Shown here one piece after another: positions 17,986-23,484 of a stretch of DNA of 23,484 bases. The DNA comes from a bacterium (lineage in GTDB: Bacteria; Zhuqueibacterota; Zhuqueibacteria; Residuimicrobiales; Krinioviventaceae): positions 1-23,484 of the forward strand of contig CAXXFV010000024.1 in NCBI GenBank assembly GCA_963674595.2, written 5' to 3'. The notes under the pieces were generated by a model, which saw nothing but the letters and a program-made list of their open reading frames with translations, did no database searches and had not been told where the DNA came from. A program made the translations under genes and the position numbers. Each line of letters starts with the position of its first letter. The stretch's first letter is position 1.

Positions 17986-20900
17986 CTATTTGAGCAAAAT
18001 CATTTTTTTTACGGACGTTTCAAAGTTTTGGCGAAACTCTTGTCCATTCTGCACCCCCTGTTCCCACACCTCTAAGCGGTAAAAATAGACACCGGCAGCA
18101 ACCGGATCCCCCGTATGATCGGTCCCATCCCATACCATTTCCTGCAAACCCGTGCTGCCGGGTGCATTATACAACGTTTTGACTAGTTGCCCCAAAATGT
18201 TATAAACTGTGAGTTTCAACCATCTTTCTCCCGGCAATCCGACACGAATCGTTGTTGTAGGATTAAAGGGATTTGGATAATTTTGCCATAGTTCAACTTT
18301 TTCAGGAAGACGTTTCCAGTTTGTCCAGATACCTTCAAGCATTCCTTTTGTTTCAGAAATATTTAACGGCGGTTCTTGCAAAAGGATAAAATACATGGAA
18401 CGAACTTCTTTTGCACCATAGCCAAAATTCCCCCCTAAATCTAATGTTCCTGCAGGGAAATATCCCTGCCACAAATCCATTTCCGTTGCATTTTCAGCTA
18501 CCTTGATAACCTGATTTGTTTTTACAAATTTGGCATTTAACCAATAGGGTACGGCCACCGCACGTGAATCATAAGCAATCCATACTATTGTGGGCTGGTT
18601 TAAATATAGTTGCAGATATTTTGCTGACTGGCTGAACCGGTCGTTATTGGCTGTTATGATCATGGTTAATTTTTTAAGACTGGACGGAAATTCTTTAATT
18701 GTGTAGGAACGGTCCAGATAACACTCAACATCAACCTCCAGCGATGAACGGCGGGTTGCACCACTTCCAGAAACCTGATAATTCATCACAGGAAAATAGC
18801 GGTACGCCAAAACAGTATCGGGTATAACGTTATATTTAATCCCTTTTGTTAAAACGCCGGATATTTTCATTGAATAAATAATTCCGGGAAATAGCGGATC
18901 AATCGTTAGAGCAATACAATTAGAGGTTTCATCTAATTCTGCTTTTTGTATATATATTGCAGGGGAAATAGAATAATTTTTAATATTCTCTGCAGACATT
19001 TTATCTACAGGTTCACTAAAAGTAATTTTTAAAGCATTTTCTCCAAAAATATCCAATTTTTTCACAAAAGGACTATCTTTTTCCTCCTGGGGCGTATGAT
19101 AAAAAACCGGATAATCCGGATCAATGGTCACTTCCGGATTATCCGCCGCCTTCACATTATTTAAGAGGAGAGTGTAAGATCGGTCTGGTTCATGTAAACT
19201 TGTTGTCAACGTTACTTTTTTATCAGCCTGGTCATATTCAGCTTTAAAAATATTTATATCTTCAAGAGAACTAAAATTTGTCACGTTAGTTGCCTCATTT
19301 TGTAAAACAGGTTCATTAAAATAAAGATGAATTTTATTTGTGCCTTCAGTTTCCACATCAGTAACCAGAGGTCTTGATGTATTTTTTAAATTATAAGTAA
19401 ATTCAAACTGGTTTTCCGGGTCTATCATGGTTCCGGCATTGTCATAAATTCCGGATACAGATAGCTGGTAGCTTTGTAATGGTTCAAGTAATGAAACTGT
19501 TAATAAACAAACTCTGCTTTGAAAGCCGCATTGAACATCCTGCACGATTATCTCTTTATTAAAAGTAAAAATTTCTTGCAGCAGAGATTTATCAAATTCA
19601 ACGGGTTCGCTGAAAACCACCCGAATGTGTTCAGAATCGATCACATCAATATTTGATAAAAAGGGTGGTATGTTTTCTATTATATTATGAGAATAAAATA
19701 TTTTATAACCCGCAGCAATTGTGTTACTGTTTGCACTGACATCCTGCACACGACTGCAAGACAATGAATAAAAGACGCCGGAACTGTGCTTTTCTGTTGT
19801 CAGGGATACAACTCGCTGCGTTCCATCCAGTTCAGCAGATAAAATTTGTAAAAATGGTTCAATTTGATAATTCTCTATATTCTCAGCCGTTTCTTTAGAA
19901 ACCGGTTCACTGAACATGACTTTTAAATATTCCGGTTCATTCACTTGCACGGTTTGTATAAAAGGTGCAACCTGATCCATGCCGGTAAAATAATATGGAA
20001 AAACAGTCGCTGTTAAAGTTTGATCTGTTTCTTTATCAACAAGATTTTGAATGGAAACAGAATAAAGATGATCTATTTCATGCGCGGATGTTTTTAGTTT
20101 AATTCGTTTTTGTTCATCATCCAATTCCACTGACATCACCGAAACATTGCCGTCAATAACATAATTGTTAACATTCCGGGCGGAGGCAGTGGTAACGGCC
20201 CTGTTCATCTCGATAAATAATTCCGATTCTTTTGAGATGGAAACATCAGACACAAGCAAAACAGAACTGTTTTTATCAGGCAATACATAATCGCAGCCAC
20301 ATAAGGCAGGTGAGACATTTCCTGATTCACTGACATCTTTAATCCCGTTAACGTCAAGTCTGTATCGAATTCCGGATTCATGCGGTGTGGTTTCCAACAA
20401 AACGCTATAACCGCCGACATCATACTGAATAGCGATTATCTTTATTTCATCATCAAGCTGATAATTTTGAAAATTCTCAGCACTTTTTTTATCCACTTTT
20501 TCATTAAAAAACACCCTTAAATGCTGGTTATCTAGCATTATAACTCGTCGAATGACCGGACCATTTTGATCCACAGACTTTAGCACATAGTTAGAGTGCT
20601 GCGGTTGCTGGATGATATTTTGATTGACACTGTTATCTTTAATATTATTTACCGTCAACTGATAAGCTTGCTCTGCCTGGTGCCCGGTTGTTTGTAAATG
20701 AACAATTTGATTTGAACTGTCCAATGAAGCATGTTGAACTCTTATTCCGCCATTGATTCCATAATTATTAATATTTTCAGCGCTCTGTTTTGCCACGGTT
20801 TCGTTAAACAGAACATCAATGTTATTGTCATGAACAGCTTGTACCATAATGATTACAGGCTCAACATTATCACCCGGCATATAACTGTATGAATATTCCG

Positions 20901-21780
20901 TATTGGATTGAATTTGATTGTGTTCAGAAGAAATATCTTTAACATTTTTCACAGAAATTTTATAAACCTGTCCACTTTTATGTGCATTAGTTTGTAACCG
21001 GATGTGATGACGGGAAACAGTTTTAACAGATAAAATCTGGACCGCCGGTGTTATCTGATAATTGCTCAAATTTTCGACCGATGATTGCAGCATGGGCTCT
21101 GAAAAATAAACATCCAAAGCCTCTTGATTTGCCAAACCAACGAATGAAACGGAAGGTGCGATAACATCGTGCTCCTGTCCTTCATAACGATATGAATAGC
21201 TGCCGGCATTTGTCATCGTGTTAGCCGGAACAGCAATATCCTTTATACCTGCTGCCGATAAATCGTAAATTACACCTGCCGTATGTTCTGTGGTAATAAG
21301 CCGAACTGATTTTTTATTATTTTCAACAATAGCTTTGTAAATTTCGATCCCATTGACGGAATAATTTCCGGTTTTCTGTGCAGACAAAGAATCTACTTTT
21401 TCATTAAATAAAACACGTAATTCAGTTAAACCAAGCGGTGTAACCTGAGTGATAAAGGGAGCCTGATTATCCCCCAGTTTGAAATTCAACTCTTTAGAAT
21501 ATTTACTTTCATTACCGGACTTGTCATGAGCTGTCATGGCCATAAACAGTTCTTGGTTTACAGGCAGATCTCTGACAATGTATTGGGTAACATTTCCAAA
21601 TTTTACATGTTGATTATAATTTCTGGAACTTTTACCTATATATATGGAATAGCCGGCAAGGTCTGTTTCCTTGTTGGCTTCCCACGAAACTTTAACATCC
21701 ATTGCATAGCTCATATGTACTGTACTTAATGTTAAAATAAACCAAATTGTATTTCTATATTGACAAATCCTTGTTGTCAT
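17986..21780 (-). CDS. Large secreted surface protein: FN3 + nine Ig-like (SbsA/Big_5-like) repeats + unassigned domain + FlgD-Ig/T9SS type-A-like CTD
   Basis: Signal peptide ending SYA; FN3 (VSWEANKETDLAGY...AHDKSGNESKYS); nine ~100-aa repeats; C-terminus LWQNYPNPFNPTTTI...VYNILGQLVKTL...WDGTD..G..VAAGVYFYRL...KKMILLK. Start placed at ATG 21780 because of GGAG at 21787-21790. Confidence 0.88.
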   Translation of the reverse strand: MTTRICQYRNTIWFILTLSTVHMSYAMDVKVSWEANKETDLAGYSIYIGKSSRNYNQHVKFGNVTQYIVRDLPVNQELFMAMTAHDKSGNESKYSKELNFKLGDNQAPFITQVTPLGLTELRVLFNEKVDSLSAQKTGNYSVNGIEIYKAIVENNKKSVRLITTEHTAGVIYDLSAAGIKDIAVPANTMTNAGSYSYRYEGQEHDVIAPSVSFVGLANQEALDVYFSEPMLQSSVENLSNYQITPAVQILSVKTVSRHHIRLQTNAHKSGQVYKISVKNVKDISSEHNQIQSNTEYSYSYMPGDNVEPVIIMVQAVHDNNIDVLFNETVAKQSAENINNYGINGGIRVQHASLDSSNQIVHLQTTGHQAEQAYQLTVNNIKDNSVNQNIIQQPQHSNYVLKSVDQNGPVIRRVIMLDNQHLRVFFNEKVDKKSAENFQNYQLDDEIKIIAIQYDVGGYSVLLETTPHESGIRYRLDVNGIKDVSESGNVSPALCGCDYVLPDKNSSVLLVSDVSISKESELFIEMNRAVTTASARNVNNYVIDGNVSVMSVELDDEQKRIKLKTSAHEIDHLYSVSIQNLVDKETDQTLTATVFPYYFTGMDQVAPFIQTVQVNEPEYLKVMFSEPVSKETAENIENYQIEPFLQILSAELDGTQRVVSLTTEKHSSGVFYSLSCSRVQDVSANSNTIAAGYKIFYSHNIIENIPPFLSNIDVIDSEHIRVVFSEPVEFDKSLLQEIFTFNKEIIVQDVQCGFQSRVCLLTVSLLEPLQSYQLSVSGIYDNAGTMIDPENQFEFTYNLKNTSRPLVTDVETEGTNKIHLYFNEPVLQNEATNVTNFSSLEDINIFKAEYDQADKKVTLTTSLHEPDRSYTLLLNNVKAADNPEVTIDPDYPVFYHTPQEEKDSPFVKKLDIFGENALKITFSEPVDKMSAENIKNYSISPAIYIQKAELDETSNCIALTIDPLFPGIIYSMKISGVLTKGIKYNVIPDTVLAYRYFPVMNYQVSGSGATRRSSLEVDVECYLDRSYTIKEFPSSLKKLTMIITANNDRFSQSAKYLQLYLNQPTIVWIAYDSRAVAVPYWLNAKFVKTNQVIKVAENATEMDLWQGYFPAGTLDLGGNFGYGAKEVRSMYFILLQEPPLNISETKGMLEGIWTNWKRLPEKVELWQNYPNPFNPTTTIRVGLPGERWLKLTVYNILGQLVKTLYNAPGSTGLQEMVWDGTDHTGDPVAAGVYFYRLEVWEQGVQNGQEFRQNFETSVKKMILLK
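18790..21471 (-). repeat. Nine diverged protein-level tandem repeats (~100 aa each)
   Basis: Recurring D..xP.(I/V)..V......(L/I).V.F(N/S)E.V...SAEN..NY.I.....I....L......V.L.T..H.....Y.L.V..(I/V)KD, counted by eye. DNA-level identity is low. Confidence 0.85.
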
Positions 21781-21816
21781 TATTTTCTCCGCATTACCTC
21801 TTGCCACATTGGCTTT

Positions 21817-21832
21817 AACAAGAGTTATGCCA
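21817..21832 (-). promoter_or_regulatory. Putative sigma-54 (-24/-12) promoter
   Basis: TGGCAT-AACTC-TTGTT versus consensus TGGCAC-N5-TTGCW: exact spacing, two mismatches including the -12 C. It lies between a terminator and an RBS, about 800 nt from an EBP gene. Confidence 0.6.
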
Positions 21833-21929
21833 GAAATAAAAAACCTCTAACTTTAAATTTTATAATAAATTTTATTTTAACCGTAAAAAAGAGAATACAG
21901 GAAGGATATTTCAATTACAATTCGGAAAT

Positions 21930-21961
21930 AAAAAAAAGCCAGAGCACAGGCCCTGACTTTT
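21930..21961 (-). terminator. Rho-independent terminator after the FN3-CTD gene
   Basis: Minus strand AGTCAGGGC-CTGT-GCTCTGGCT followed by a T run. The two G-U pairs only work in the minus-strand transcript. Confidence 0.8.
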
Positions 21962-21985
21962 GAGGAAAGTAAGGTGGTCAAATTT

Positions 21986-22612
21986 TTATCGAAGGATTGT
22001 CACCTGACGTGTTAATCTTTTATCAAGTACGTTCAGTTGACAATAATAAATTCCGCAGGCGACAAATTCACCTAAATGATTACGTCCATCCCAGGGGAGA
22101 ACGTGTTTACCCGGCTCAAAACCAAAAGACACAATTTCATTAACAAGTTGGCCAAGCTGATTATAAATGGAAATTTTGACTTTTGCTTCATCCGGCAGCA
22201 AAAACTCAAAATACACAAAATCATGCATATCCGGTAAAAATGGATTAGGAAAAACATAATTTAATTCTACTTCTGCAGGAAGAGTATAAATACTTCCGTC
22301 TGATTTCACAATTGTAGACAATTCAGATTCATTGCCGGAGAAATCTATCGCAGATACAGCGACATAATAAGGTTTCTCGTTGTCAATCCCGGTAATTTCA
22401 AAATTGTTCACATTCCCGACGTTCTCAGAAAAAACTAATTTTGATGGTGAAAAACCCCAATATACCCGATAACCTAATAAATCATCTTCTTTGTTTTCAT
22501 CCCATTTAATTTTGATTGATCCTGCATAGGTGCAGGTTGATATTATAATTAGAGAGTAAAAGCATACTGTAAACCAGCGTCGTACTGTCATCAAACCCGT
22601 TTCCTGCCTCAT
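21986..22612 (-). CDS. Small secreted protein: FN3 domain + FlgD-Ig/T9SS type-A-like CTD
   Basis: Signal peptide ending TYA; IKWDENKEDDLLGYRVYWG...YYVAVSAIDFSGNESELS; FPNPF...IYNQLGQLV...WDGRNHLGEFVACGIYY...RQVTILR. Confidence 0.82.
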   Translation of the reverse strand: MRQETGLMTVRRWFTVCFYSLIIISTCTYAGSIKIKWDENKEDDLLGYRVYWGFSPSKLVFSENVGNVNNFEITGIDNEKPYYVAVSAIDFSGNESELSTIVKSDGSIYTLPAEVELNYVFPNPFLPDMHDFVYFEFLLPDEAKVKISIYNQLGQLVNEIVSFGFEPGKHVLPWDGRNHLGEFVACGIYYCQLNVLDKRLTRQVTILR

Positions 22613-22619
22613 TTAAAAA

Positions 22620-23484
22620 TTAATTATGTTTTCGCCATCCATGATGAGTGATATTATGTTGTGAAATTTTATAGTTCAATGCACGTGCAGAAACACCTAA
22701 AAGTTCTGCCGCCTCTTTCTGAACCCAATTGGTCCTTAGTAAAGCTGTTCGAATAGCCATCGATTCCAATTCATCAAGATTCAATGTACTTAAAGATTCG
22801 CCGTTTCTGTTTTCATCCCGACGTCTGTCGCGACCGCCTGCAGCAAAATAGTCTTTACCGGTAAAAGCCAAATCCTGTGGTGTAATAAGTTTATTTTCAC
22901 CAACAACCAAAACGGCACGTTCAATAATATTACGCAGTTCCCTGATATTTCCCGTCCAGGTATGGTTCGAGATCAGTTCAATCGTTTCTTCTGTAAATTG
23001 TCCTACATTTTTTTTCAATTCACCGGCAAATTTAAGACGAAAATATTCACTTAAAAGGGGTATATCCTCTCTGCGTTCACGTAACGGCGGAATATGAAGA
23101 GAAACAACATTTAACCGATAATAAAGATCAGCCCTAAAATGTCCGTTATCTATTTCCTGCCACAGGTCTTTATTTGTAGCAGCTATAATTCTTACGTCAA
23201 CCTGGATTGTTTTTTGTCCGCCGACACGATTAAAACTTTGCTCCTGTAAAACACGCAAAATCTTGGCTTGCGTGGAAGGATGCATATCACCTATTTCGTC
23301 TAGAAAAAGTGTACCACCGTCTGCTTGTTCAAATTTGCCCACATGTGTTGAAATGGCACCGGTAAAAGCGCCTTTTTCATGACCGAACAATTCACTTTCC
23401 AGCAGTTGTTCGTGCAGAGCAGCGCAGTTTACAGCGACATACGGTTTGTTCACCCGGTTAGACTGGGCCTGAATGGCACCGGCA
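22620..23484 (-). CDS. Sigma-54-dependent Fis-family transcriptional activator (EBP), 5'-truncated by the window edge
   Basis: [51 protein letters not shown] and a Fis-type HTH ([22 protein letters not shown]). The frame stays open upstream ([13 protein letters not shown]) to the edge. Confidence 0.93.
   Translation of the reverse strand, partial: AGAIQAQSNRVNKPYVAVNCAALHEQLLESELFGHEKGAFTGAISTHVGKFEQADGGTLFLDEIGDMHPSTQAKILRVLQEQSFNRVGGQKTIQVDVRIIAATNKDLWQEIDNGHFRADLYYRLNVVSLHIPPLRERREDIPLLSEYFRLKFAGELKKNVGQFTEETIELISNHTWTGNIRELRNIIERAVLVVGENKLITPQDLAFTGKDYFAAGGRDRRRDENRNGESLSTLNLDELESMAIRTALLRTNWVQKEAAELLGVSARALNYKISQHNITHHGWRKHN

Noticed and set aside
21791-21806. Second sigma-54-like motif TGGCAAGAGGTAATGC
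   Set aside because: GG-to-GC spacing is one base too long, and it lies too close to the RBS.
21781-21807. GTG start at 21807 for the large protein
   Set aside because: ATG 21780 has a GGAG RBS and gives a normal signal peptide. 21807 coincides with the predicted transcription start.
3688-22257. Remaining 60-92 aa ORFs nested in or antisense to long genes (e.g. 9330..9578, 12392..12670, 15489..15761, 21760..21963)
   Set aside because: They overlap well-supported genes or regulatory DNA and show no domain evidence.
1-23484. CRISPR array, tRNA/rRNA, IS or prophage
   Set aside because: The window is almost fully coding with intergenic gaps of about 200 nt or less. No spaced DNA repeats, transposase, integrase or phage genes were recognised.

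Overview
Every supportable gene in this 23.5-kb window is on the minus strand. In transcription order (right to left): a 5'-truncated sigma-54 enhancer-binding protein (EBP, intact GAFTGA); two secreted proteins sharing an N-terminal FN3 domain and a C-terminal FlgD-Ig/T9SS type-A-like sorting domain (CTD), one minimal (208 aa) and one of about 1260 aa with nine Ig-like repeats, each followed by an intrinsic terminator, the large one preceded by a sigma-54-like promoter; then a tightly packed Wzx-type surface polysaccharide operon (multi-SLBB exporter, Wzz/GNVR co-polymerase, WbpD-like acyltransferase, WbpI/WecB epimerase, Wzi-like barrel, Wzx, two SAM methyltransferases, Wzy_C ligase/polymerase, GT2, two GT4, WecA). 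This operon runs directly into a large PorU/gingipain-like C25 peptidase gene with an inserted ILEI domain. The ORF track breaks the C25 gene up: three +1 frameshifts in short homopolymers split it, and its catalytic part runs off the left edge. The GT2 gene has two -1 homopolymer frameshifts. Together these most likely reflect sequencing or assembly indels. The most interesting inference is a co-located cargo + sortase + anchor-glycan + sigma-54 regulator module. The CTD style and Shine-Dalgarno use suggest a non-Bacteroidota FCB-type host such as KSB1 or Calditrichota (inference only). No rRNA, tRNA, CRISPR or mobile element was recognised.
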